From positions 45,491,598 through 45,555,597 of the forward strand of contig NC_081369.1 of assembly GCF_030684315.1 (NCBI RefSeq): 64,000 nucleotides of DNA. Reading direction: 5' to 3'. How positions within the stretch are numbered: position 1 is the stretch's first letter; each line of letters begins with the position of its first letter. The notes under the pieces were generated by a model. That model was not told the origin of the DNA. It saw nothing but the letters and a program-made list of their open reading frames with translations, and did not search any database. This document shows positions 26,462-37,009 of the stretch, in pieces. The translations under genes were made by a program, and so were the position numbers. This stretch comes from Stegostoma tigrinum (lineage: Eukaryota).

Positions 26462-26575
26462 AGATAATGGGAACTGCAGATGCTGGAGAATCCAAGATAA
26501 CAAAGTGTGGAGCTGGATGAACACAGCAGGCCCCGCAGCATCTCAGGAGCACAAAAGCTGACGTTTCGGGCCTAG
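26462..26575 (-). mobile_element. Penelope terminal-repeat fragment with 15-bp flanking direct repeat
   Basis: gagataatgggaactgcagatgctggagaatcc... flanked by accctaatggttcag at 26447-26461 and 26576-26590. Confidence 0.82.
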
Positions 26576-26966
26576 ACCCTAATGGTTCAGTTGGTTCTCA
26601 AACAATGAACAACTTCAAAATTGTCAGAACTACATTCTGCTAAAGTGATGGGTAACTTTTGGTTGCGAACTGCAGCTAGGTATGTGTCATTGGTCCTTCG
26701 CTGGTTGGTTGTCCTAGATACTTTGGTTTAATGACCCTTGGGACTGAGTGCAAACAGATGTCCCCTTGCTTGTACAAAATTCTCAGCAACACAATGGACA
26801 TAAATAAGCAACTTACAGACGAAAGTGCAGATTTCCACAGGTTGCTTAAAAAAACATCAATGGTCAGAAGTAAAAATTGTACGTGGAACAAAAGCAGGGA
26901 AGAATTTAAAATTAAACTGCAGCACAATTTTTTAAAAAATTAACTTTGTGCCCACTGAAGACTAAC

Positions 26967-27016
26967 TCTTGTACTTTATCCTTCCGACGTTTCCAGTAGC
27001 TGCTTGAGATACCCAT
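26967..27016 (-). other. Candidate first coding exon of the SPATA33-like gene, head-to-head with CHMP1A
   Basis: gtcATGG context, MGISSSYWKRRKDKVQ, donor GA|gttagt at 26966. A phase-compatible 28-nt exon follows at 26817-26844 (ttttttaag| ... |gtaagt; DNLWKSALSS). Confidence 0.4.
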
Positions 27017-27059
27017 GACGACCAAAACAAACAAAAGCCTAATGTGCGGCTATGAACCA

Positions 27060-27350
27060 ACAGAGTGCGCTACCACCGACCGACAGCACTGTCAGAAGAG
27101 CCCCTGTGACGTCACCCGGCGGTACGTCCGCGTCACATGACAAACGCGGGCGGCGTGGCCATGACGTCACCGGGGTACCTCGCGAGAGTTGGGAGCGGAG
27201 GTTGGGGCCTAGCTTGCCGGAAGAAGGAAGCAGCCGCCGCCGTCGCTGCTCAGGGAGACCATGGATGGTAGGCTCGTTCAAACCCGACAGCTCCTTTCAC
27301 CGAGGACACGGCGCTGCGCCCCGCAGTATTGTTCACTCGCTCGGTTTCGT
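27060..27350. promoter_or_regulatory. CpG-island promoter of CHMP1A, probably bidirectional
   Basis: High CpG density; CRE TGACGTCA at 27107-27114 and 27162-27169; GTCACATGAC at 27132-27141; CCTCGCGAGA at 27178-27187; ETS CCGGAAG at 27217-27223. Confidence 0.8.
27261..27267 (+). CDS. CHMP1A: Charged multivesicular body protein 1A, coding exon 1
   Basis: Kozak accATGG; ATGGATG|gtaggc; phase 1 joins exon 2 to give MDDTLFQLR. Confidence 0.88.
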
Positions 27351-27553
27351 TTAGCTGGGGTTGTCAGGCTTTAGTTTTGACCTGGACACGGATGCAACAG
27401 CGTTAGCCATAGTGGGAAGTAAATATATGAGGGTGTGGAGTAAATGAGGGGAGAGGAGTAAATCAGGGGTGTTGGGGCGGGAAGGAAAGTAAGAGGGTAG
27501 TGAGAAGTGGGATTGGTAAATGTGGGGGCAAGTAAATAAAGGGGGTAAGGGTA

Positions 27554-27662
27554 GAGATAATGGGAACTGCAGATGCTGGAGAATCCGAGATAACAAAGTG
27601 TGGAGCTGGATGAACACAGCAGGCCAAGGAGCATCTCAGGAGCACAAAAGCTGATGTTTCGA
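27554..27662 (-). mobile_element. Penelope terminal-repeat fragment in CHMP1A intron 1
   Basis: Same gagataatgggaactgcagatgctggagaatcc... unit. Confidence 0.8.
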
Positions 27663-27969
27663 GGGTGGATGGGATGTGGGTGATTAGCTGGAAGTGAAGC
27701 AGAACAGGGGACCCTCATCTGTCCCTGTGCACCAGGTACATGTAGAAGTGAAGAGGTCACCCCTGATTAGGGCCCTAAGTGGAGGTGTTTGATACATACT
27801 AGCAAAGGGGTATGGCTTAAAGGGATTCAAGTGAAAAGGAATAGCTTACATTTGTAAAATTGCTTTTGTTTCCTGTCTGCTTCACAGCTAATGAGTTGCA
27901 TTTGAAGGGTAGACAATGTTTACTTGTTAGTTTGTGAAGAGAGAAGATAGAAAGCGGGACATAACAACA

Positions 27970-28066
27970 CCAGCGCTTCATCAGAGGCTGACTGATGATG
28001 TTACCTAGAATGGTGACGAAATGTCTGAAAACTAACCTTCGAGCTCAGCGAGCAAACTCACATCCA
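27970..28066 (+). ncRNA. Hammerhead-ribozyme-like motif in a third Penelope-type terminal fragment (CHMP1A intron 1, sense)
   Basis: CTGATGA (27992-27998), stem GTTACC-tagaat-GGTGAC, GAAA (28018-28021), TGTC. Confidence 0.55.
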
Positions 28067-28539
28067 GACAATCATAAGCAGAAATAAATTAAATGAACAG
28101 ATCATCTTTGTAATGATTGAAGGTTGTGTTAGACAAGACAGACCCTTTGTTTACTTTTCTAAATATTCTAAATCATGAGGGGACTGGTCAGGGAAAAACT
28201 TGCAGTTGGTGAGATGTTTGAGACCCAGGTGTTTGCTTTCTTTGTGAAAGTCAACAGCATGGAAAGCTGTCTTCTGCAGTGAATAGTTAAGATCTGGTTG
28301 GGCATGTACTGCCTGTAAAGATCAGTGCAGGTTCAATTATGGCTTTCTGAAAAGAATAGACTAATTATCTCAAGATAAATGTGCAAGGCTGTCTGGGGTG
28401 GGGCGGAGTGGGGGGGGTGGTGGGGGGGGTGGGGGTGAGAAGGACAGTAGCACAAAGTGAACTTCTTCACAGACCCAGCACAAATGTAATGGGCAAAGTG
28501 GTCTGCTTCTGTGCAGCAAATGTTCGATGACCTTGGTAG

Positions 28540-28695
28540 GCTCTCATCTTAATGCCTCATTGGAAAGGCAAAACTATCTCATTACTGCACTACAGTGTCA
28601 GCCTCCCTTAAATGCTTGATAATTTAATATGGGGGTAGCTAACCCATGCCTTTCTGGCTGAGGACAGCACGTGAGCCATTGAGCCAAGACTGACT
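28540..28695 (-). mobile_element. Decayed tRNA-headed DeuSINE/SacSINE1-like element
   Basis: Reverse strand gtcagtcttggctcaatgg ... aggctgacactgtagtgcagtaatgag ... atgaggcattaa resembles the remembered Deu-domain SINE head. Confidence 0.45.
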
Positions 28696-30892
28696 GTAAA
28701 AGACAGCAACTTGTGTTCATTTAGTTCTTCCAACTAAGAGAATGTCGAGGTACTACACAGGCATAATGGAAAAATGAACAATGAGCCAAAGAATATGGCA
28801 TTGTGAAAGGTGACCAAAAATTGGTTGAAGTTATTTTAAGAGGGATCTTAAAGCTGGAAAACATAGTGATTTAGGAAGAGAACCCTAAAATGGGGAATTC
28901 AAATGTTGTAAAGTGTGGCCCTCAAAAATGGAAAGAAAGAAATGGGACATCCATAAGAGGCTAGAGTGTAATCGGGTGTTTCCAGAAAGGATTTTCTCAG
29001 TGAGAGAAATATATTGAGGGGGAGGAGTGAGCCCATGAAGAAATTTAAAAACAAGGATAATATGAAATCTGACCTATTGGAAAACTGGTGTAGATCAGAG
29101 AGGATAAGGTTGATGCTTCAGCTGCAGGATGGGATGTAGGCAGTAGAACATTGAATGACTCATTTATTATGGGTGGAGTTCTGTCAAGGACAGATTTGGA
29201 ATATGGAGTGTGCAGGTGACAAAAGTACAAGTAAGGGCTTCAATTCCACATGGACTTGGGTATTGGGAAAATGGGTGACCTGGGATTGGAAATGAATGAT
29301 TTTTGTGATAAAAAGAATGTGAAGTTGTGATTCTCTGGGGGTTGAATGAAATGCCATGTTGGCAACCTAATAAGGTTGTTATAATTAGTCTGCTATGGCT
29401 CATTTTCTATATTTAATTCTCATTCTCTAATGAATCTCTTGACAAACTTGTACTTGCAGCATCAGTTAACAGGATTAAATAGGTGTGATTCCTTCAGATA
29501 GCACCCTAGAGATTGTGAAATTCTATTGTCCAGTAGTGAACAATTCCAACCTGGGGATTTGGAGGGCATTGTCATAAAGATCAGATTTTTAAATTCATTC
29601 ATGAAATGAGGATGTTGCTGGTTCGGCCAACTTTTTTTATTGCCTACTGCAGTAGACCATTAAGAGTCAACAACATTGCTGAGATTTTGAGTTTCATGTA
29701 GACCAGGTAAGGTTGGCAGATTTCTTCCCTTTGACATTACTGAATCAGATGGATTTTCCTTGTTAATCGACAGTGGTTTCATGGTCATCGTTAGATTCAT
29801 AATTCCAGATTTTGAATGAATTCAAAGTCAACGACTGGAATTGAACCCAGGTCTCTGGATTAATAGTCCAGCAATAATACCACTAGGTCATCGCCTAGCC
29901 TTAAATGGCAAAATATTGGAGTGTAGTTGGGTGAGAGAAGCTGAACTGCATGCAGTTGAGCAATATAATTAACATATAATTTTTAGGGTTAACGATCTTT
30001 CTGTGGTCTTAAGAGGGCCACAGCTTTGCTGTACTGTTGGGCTAGGCTCATCTAGCTTTGCCTGAAAACTAACTAGTGACTTAAAAATTTAATGTGATTT
30101 CCGAATCTTTAACACACGTTGTGGCTGTTCAAGACAGCAGCTCAGTGCCTTCTCAGTGATAAATAGGGACAGATGTTAAACACTGGCCACAAGAGAATTT
30201 TTAAAAACTCACGTGTTCTGATTGAGTTCATGGGCCTGGCACCAGAGAATGACTTAATTGAATTCAACCTCGTCTTTAAGAAAAATGTGTAGCATTTTTT
30301 GACTAACATTGACTTTTCTGGGTTTGGATTTCCAACTTGACATGTTAGACACTTCCTGGTTTCAGTCTGAAGCCACACCCTGTAAAATGAGGTGATCAAC
30401 ATATGACATCACTTCACGTTGTTAGAATACTTGGGAAGATCTACAGTATAACATTTGTTCCTACAATAGTCCCTTTTTATGAATTTTCATGCTTCTTACA
30501 GTATCCAAATTGCTTCTCTATATCCAGTGCAAGTAGATTCAAAATACTTTGTCTCACTCTAAAATAAAAATTGGAGGTAAAGAAATGTATATCAAGATTT
30601 AATGGAGAGAAATTTCAGCAAACTGGGTGTTTTGAATTAATCAGTCTAAGTATTGAGGTTAGGTGTACAGAAAGCTGATTCTGGGTATCACTGATTTCCT
30701 GTTTAGATAATGCATTTATCTTTGAAAATATGAGTTGTACTTAAATCTTTTAAAAAGATGGCCATGAAAATCTAGTGTCGGCAATGTGATGCCGTTAGAT
30801 TGAAGCTGGAAATCATGTTTGCATTCCATTATAGGTAGTTAATGTATGGACTCATGTTGATCTGCAGTGTGGTTGATGATCCAAAGTGTGAA

Positions 30893-31255
30893 AACATGAA
30901 CGTGGACTTTGAGTAGGCCACTTGGCCCTACAGCCCCCTGGTCTGCCATTCATAAGGACATGGCTGATCTGATTCTAACCTCAACTCTGTTTGTGCATTT
31001 CCCAGATAAACTTTCTTCAACTTGGTAATCAAGAATCTATCTACCTTTGTCATGAAAATATTTAGCGTTTCAGCATCTGCTGCCTTTTCAGGAAGAGAAT
31101 TTCAAAAACTCTGAACCCTCGGAGGAAAGAAAAGGTTTCTTTTGTCTCCATTTTAAATGGGTGACTCTTTAATTTTAAAATATGACCTTAATTTTAGATT
31201 CTCCCAAAAGAGAAACATCCTTTCACATCCATGTGGTCAAGTCCCCTAAGAATCA
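30893..31255 (-). mobile_element. CR1-type LINE 3' fragment
   Basis: LRGLDHMDVKGCFS remnant and CR1-like 3' UTR. Confidence 0.7.
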
Positions 31256-31661
31256 GCTGAAAAAACATTGTAATTTTTGAACTTTCTGTTCCAGTCATCA
31301 ACATATAGATATACTGATGATGCTGTGTGGAATCGGCCTTATGTATTTCTTCTGTTGGTTTCCTCATTTTCTTTTCACTTGACATTTGAAATTGGGCAAC
31401 ATTTGTGAGGCTGTATTTGTAGCCAGTTCACAACTTCATGTTGTGGGATTTGAACATGCAGCTTCAGTGTTGCTGCCGGATTAATGACTATTAGTTTATA
31501 ATAATGTCCTGAGGTTAGAAAAGGATGCTGTAGATGAAAGCACATGCCTTCTTGACAAATTGACTTGTACAAGTAAGATGCACATGTTTGACACTTGATA
31601 ACAAATAAATGTCAATAATGCTGATTTGTGTTTAATTGTCTCTTTTTGTTTGTTGTTACAG

Positions 31662-31681
31662 ATACTTTGTTTCAGTTACGG
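31662..31681 (+). CDS. CHMP1A: CHMP1A exon 2 (20 nt)
   Basis: ttacag|ATACTTTGTTTCAGTTACGG|gtaagg, encoding DTLFQLR. Confidence 0.92.
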
Positions 31682-32144
31682 GTAAGGACCAAAAATCTAA
31701 TTTGTTTTTCCTGTTTTAGAAATTTACTAGCATGTTAATTTACAAATTTCACATTGCCTATGATGCAATTGCAGTACAGTAGTGTGGTAGGATTTCTCAT
31801 TGAAACCTATACACAAACTATACATGCACACAGCCTATTTACAGCAAAAGGATCAATCAATTTATTGTGCTCTCTCATCTCTCCTCTATGGCCCACTACC
31901 TGTGGAGCTTCTTATGTCATGTGTTCTCTGCCCTTCCCTTCCCCATCACCAGTACCATGACTGTCACCCCAGGGTTTAAAAAAAAACAACATGCTCACAG
32001 ACATAGAAGCTCAAAGAATTGATTTCTGGTCTTTCTAAGTTAGCTAGTATTAACCAGAAAAAGTGGACAGCCCCATTTGTCAATAATTGGAAAGCAAAGG
32101 GCAGGACTTCCCCTTTAGCTCATTATCCAGCAATTCTTATCCTG

Positions 32145-32325
32145 TACTGGAAAACAAATGCTGGAGAAACTCATTAGTTCTGGCAGCATCTGTGGATAGA
32201 GAAACATTTATGTTTTGAGCCCAGCGTGACTCCTTCTCAGTTCTGAAGCAGATGCTGCCAGATTAACTGAATTTCTCCATTGGTTGGTTTTGATCTCCAG
32301 CATCTATAGTGCTTTGCTTTGATTT
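32145..32325. mobile_element. Fold-back Penelope-derived miniature element
   Basis: Inverted arms tctggcagcatctg / cagatgctgccaga and tgctggaga / tctccagca. Confidence 0.65.
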
Positions 32326-32583
32326 GATTATCGTTTCTCTTCTACTTGCCACTAGAACTAGGTTTGGGTGTTTTTAAATTGCTGTGGGACATTTCTGATG
32401 CTATCTGTTTATTGACATTCATTGTTCAGGATCACATGAGAAAAATCACCTCTAGAATGATTTACTAAGGGAACATGCCCAAAATTTGGGGCAGGGAAGA
32501 CTCAATACTGGAAGAATTACTTTGCTGCTTTTTTTATACATATTACATCGAGGTATTTTATCATTCTTTTGAATCTCTTACAG

Positions 32584-32661
32584 TTTACATCAAAACAGCT
32601 GGAGAGATTGGCTAAGAAGGCAGAAAAGGATTCCAAAGCTGAGCAAGCTAAAGTGAAGAAG
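32584..32661 (+). CDS. CHMP1A: CHMP1A exon 3
   Basis: [26 protein letters not shown] with AG/GT boundaries. Confidence 0.96.
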
Positions 32662-33077
32662 GTTAGTGTTTGCTTTGCATATTTTCAGTTGATGATTTCC
32701 TGAATATAACTACTTATTACAGTGCATATTCTTATAATTTTGATCTCGTGCCAGAATGAGTAAACTTGATAGGCTAGGTAGTATTTTCATTGGTTTTGTT
32801 GCTTGGTAATTAGATCCCATCTGTAACTGTTGGAAGTAAGGCAGAGCTGTCACATGTACTGACTTCTATGATTCACAACTATTCAAATAATTGTCACCTG
32901 TTGATATGTTACTGTCACTTTTAGGCTACTTAATCGTGCCACCCACCCACCCAATTTTATTTTGGCTTTTATCAATAATTGTGTTCCAAATTTTTACCTG
33001 TATGCTTCCAGTCTTAAGTGGTAAAGTGAGAAGGAGGATTATGAGAATGATAATCACTTTTTCTTCTTCCACCCAAG

Positions 33078-33224
33078 GCTCTTCAACAAAAAAACATTGA
33101 AGGAGCAAAGATCTATGCCGAAAATGCAATTAGAAAGAAAAATGAAGGACTGAACTGGTTGCGAACAGCTTCCCGGGTAGATGCTGTAGCATCGAAGGTG
33201 CAGACAGCAGTCACGATGAAAGGG
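33078..33224 (+). CDS. CHMP1A: CHMP1A exon 4
   Basis: [49 protein letters not shown] with AG/GT boundaries; Snf7-family sequence. Confidence 0.96.
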
Positions 33225-33921
33225 GTATGAAATAACTGCTGGTACTTCTCAAAGAACTTCATTCCTGTGCTCCATGTACCGGACTTATTACAAATTGTTG
33301 AGAATGTTCTGCAGATGCACAAATAATGCTGATCAGACCTGGTATGCACAGGATAGTTGCCCATCTTTCTCGTCTCTGTCCCTCTTATGTAAATCTTTGA
33401 GTCAAGGGAATTGTTCGTGGATTGACTGACAAGATGAAATTGTCCTTTTTGTTTTAGTAAGCCTTACTTCACAATGCAAGGACTACTGGATGAATAATCC
33501 CAATTTAAAGAAGCAGAAGTGGCATGATAATACATATTAGAATATTGGTGAAGCAAAAGGTAAAGAGAAAGCACAAGATCCTTAAGGCAGTTACTGAGGT
33601 GGATAAACTGTGAACAGTCATGTGCACTTTTATAAATTTGAAGTTGTAGTACTATTATTGTGCTGACTCAGTATGTATCACAGAATCTACATACTCTGTG
33701 ATAAGAGGGTGTAATGGAAGCATATTTAATTGTGGAAAAATTAAAACCAATGATGTGCATTTAGGCTAAGTAGATAGAATGGATCCTGGAATGTGTACAA
33801 CATGCTGTGGCCTTAATTGATAATCAAGACCAAGGTAACAACATCTATATTTTATTTAATGAGATGGATCAATCTTTTGACAGATTTCAGACTTTGATTT
33901 ATTTTTTACTTATATCTCTAG

Positions 33922-34050
33922 GTTACAAAGAATATGGCGCGTGTAACACAAGGATTGGATAAGGCACTGAAATCCATGGATTTGCAAAAGATTTCTGCTG
34001 TAATGGACAAATTTGAGCAACAGGTTCAGAACCTTGATGTCCACACTTCA
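33922..34050 (+). CDS. CHMP1A: CHMP1A exon 5
   Basis: [43 protein letters not shown]|gtaagt. Confidence 0.96.
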
Positions 34051-34240
34051 GTAAGTACTTTTTCCACTGTTGAAGACAACTGATATTTGTGTACATCTTT
34101 TTGGATCCTTTATTCTTCTTTAAATGTTTTAGTTCGTTGTACATAGATATTTGGAATCGTTTTATTGTTTCCCTTGTATTTTCTGCCTGTCTGTATTGTT
34201 AAGTGCAAGTTGTTACTAAGTGGCACATTTTTATTTACAG

Positions 34241-34434
34241 GTGATGGAGGACTCGATGAGTTCTGCAATGACACTGACCACTCCTCAAGAACAGGTTGAT
34301 AGCCTCATCATGCAGATTGCAGAGGAAAATGGGCTGGAGGTCATGGACCAACTAAACCAACTTCCAGAAGGTGCAGCATCCCTTGGTGAATCCTCTGTAC
34401 GTGAACAGGATAAGGAAGACCAGCTTTCAAAAAG
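34241..34434 (+). CDS. CHMP1A: CHMP1A exon 6
   Basis: [64 protein letters not shown], phase-2 donor. Confidence 0.96.
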
Positions 34435-35504
34435 GTGGGAGCTATGGGACACTTACATTTTAAACTGTTTTAATATAACATTTGTAAATGGATTATAAAC
34501 TTTAAATCTTATTGTAGTGGATATGAGAGAAGTAATGCAACATATGAGATGCAATTCAAATGAGTTTCCCTGGCTATTTCCAGCAGCACTGTGAAATAAC
34601 TATAACAAATCTATTTACTTTGGAATTTCCTGCCACAGTTCATTTAGAAGTCTAATGTAAGCCTTTTCTGTGATTGGAATGCTAGTTTAAAGGAGTTTTT
34701 CAATGGAATGTAAATGTAATGTTTGAGTAGGAACAGGGTGGCTTGGTATCCTGGTTTATTGAACTCCTCTGTCAATCATCTTATTAAAGGTGTGCATTAA
34801 TTTTTTTTTAAGTTTCCCCGTGCCCTTGTCCGTAAAATGATCAGACCTTCCTCCCATCCCTTTCTATCTCCGAGATGGATGCCTCTGTTTTATATCCTCT
34901 CCATCCCAATTCCCTGGTCCACCATTTATTCAAAGGCCTCTTACTTTTTTCTGGTCTACTGTCTACCCGCTGTCTGATATATTTATGTTATTACTGTCAC
35001 AGTCTTCATCCTTTTTCTTTTAATAGTCCACCCAAAATCTCCCTTGCTTCCACAGCCATGGCTGAGGTCTTAAAATAGTCTCGCTTTTAAAGTGCAACAA
35101 AATTCAAGTCAGTCATTTGATATGCTCTGATATGTGTAGCTTCTTGCAGCTATTCATTAAAGTGTAACTGATTTCGGGTTGATTAGAACTTGATCTCAGG
35201 TAGATATGTTAGCATGGCAAAACCACCAGTTACCTGGTGTCTGCCAGATGACTGGCAGTTATCTTGCAAAGTTGTTCAAGTTTAAACCATCATTTGATGG
35301 GTCAAGGCATTGTCCTGAGTTGTAAACTGAACAATGTTTGTCATCTTTTAGTTAAGTTGAAACAGGCACAATGCATATGCACTATTTCTGTCTGCAATAC
35401 AAGGGTCCTTTGTATTAGTGTATGTAGGTTTTGATGTACGCCAGTGCTGACTGACAATCTTTAGTTGTTAATATAATTTCTGGAATACTTAGGATTATTT
35501 AGCA

Positions 35505-36735
35505 AACACAGAAGTTTAGTAGCAAAAGTAAACCACTTAGCCATTTAATAAGATCATTGCTATTTGAACATTGCACCTTCCCTGTTAACAAAGTGTGGAG
35601 CTGGATGAACACAGCAGGCCAAGCAGCATCTTAGGAGCACAAAAGCTGAATTGGGATGGAGAGGATATAAAACAGAGGCATCCATCTTGGAGATAGATGA
35701 AGGGTCTAGGCCCGAAACGTCAGCTTTTGTGCTCCTAAGATGCTGCTTGGCCTCCTGTGCCCATCCAGCTCCACGCTTTGTTATCTCGGATTATCCAGCA
35801 TCTGCAGTTCCCATTACCGCTGCGCCTTCCCTCTTGGCTTAACCTTTCACTGCCATGCCTATCAAGAATCTATATGCCTATCTGCCTTTAAAATTATTCA
35901 AAAACCCTGCTTCTCATCATCTGTGTCTTAAATGGGCTACCCTTTATTTACAACCAGCCAACACCAGCTCTTTTCACATACACCCTGTCAAGACCCTGCA
36001 GGATTTTGTATTTCGATCAAGTTGCCACTTTCTTTCCTAAACTTGACCCTATCCTGAGCAATCTTTCCTCCTAATACAGCCCACCCCAGGTATTAGTCTA
36101 CTACATCTTCTGTGAACTGTGACCAACATGCTTTTTTGGTCTCCTTATTTAAGGAAGGCTGTAACTTTGCAGTACTTCGGGCGCGGTGTCATCAATGCCC
36201 TGAATAACTGAAGCATAATCTCTCTAGTCTTGCATTCAGTTCCCCTCACAATAAGCAATAGTATTCTGTTGGCTTTCCAAACGACTTGCTGTACCTGCAC
36301 ACAAATCTTTTATGATTCATGCACGAATATACCCAAATCCCTCTGCATTTTAAAAGCACTGCAACCTCCTTACAATTTAAATAATTTTTTGCCAAAATGT
36401 ATAACTGTCATCTTCCCACAGTATACTTCATTTGACATAACCTTTTCATTCACGGAAGCTCTCTTAATCCCTTTGCAGTGCCCATATGTTATTTTCACAA
36501 ATTACCTCCCTCGTCTATCTTTTGTCATCTTCAAATTTAACAACTGGACCTTTTGGTCCCGTCAGCCAAGTCAGTTATAAAAATCTCTGAGACACACCAT
36601 ACGTTACACGTTGCCAACCAGAGCATGGCCCACTTGTGCCTATTTCCTGCTTTCTGTTAGTTAACTGATGTTCAATCCATGTTAGTATGTTACCTTCTCA
36701 TACTTTGAGTTTTTATTGTCCACAATAACATTTGT
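35505..36735 (-). mobile_element. Old CR1-type LINE fragment in CHMP1A intron 6, interrupted by a Penelope-derived element
   Basis: Degenerate CR1 RT/C-terminal remnants; nested element at 35584-35820 flanked by tgc(a/g)ccttccct (35572-35583, 35821-35832). Confidence 0.7.
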
Positions 36736-36987
36736 GGAATCTCAAGCGTTGTCCAATGTGAAATTGCATCTACTGTTGAATACATCATTCTGTACTTGTT
36801 TGCTTTGGTAAAATGGTCAGCGGCATGGCCATAATGTACCCAATCCTGCGTGTGGGAAAAAATATACAACCAAATTTATTTGTTGTAATCCTGAGTTCAA
36901 ACTTTGTAATTTTAAAATGTTTAAACAAAGTGTGTATGTAATTTTGTTTTCCTGGTGCTCTCATGACTTATCAATGTTCTTTTCCAG

Positions 36988-37009
36988 GTTGGCTGCTTTG
37001 AGGAATTGA
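36988..37009 (+). CDS. CHMP1A: CHMP1A exon 7 (C-terminus and stop)
   Basis: ttccag|G TTG GCT GCT TTG AGG AAT TGA = RLAALRN*, completing the MIM1 motif. Exons sum to 597 nt (198 aa plus stop). Confidence 0.95.

Noticed and set aside
27052-27354. 100-aa ORF over the CHMP1A start
   Set aside because: GC-rich CpG-island ORF in a different frame from CHMP1A; the real coding exon here is only 7 nt.
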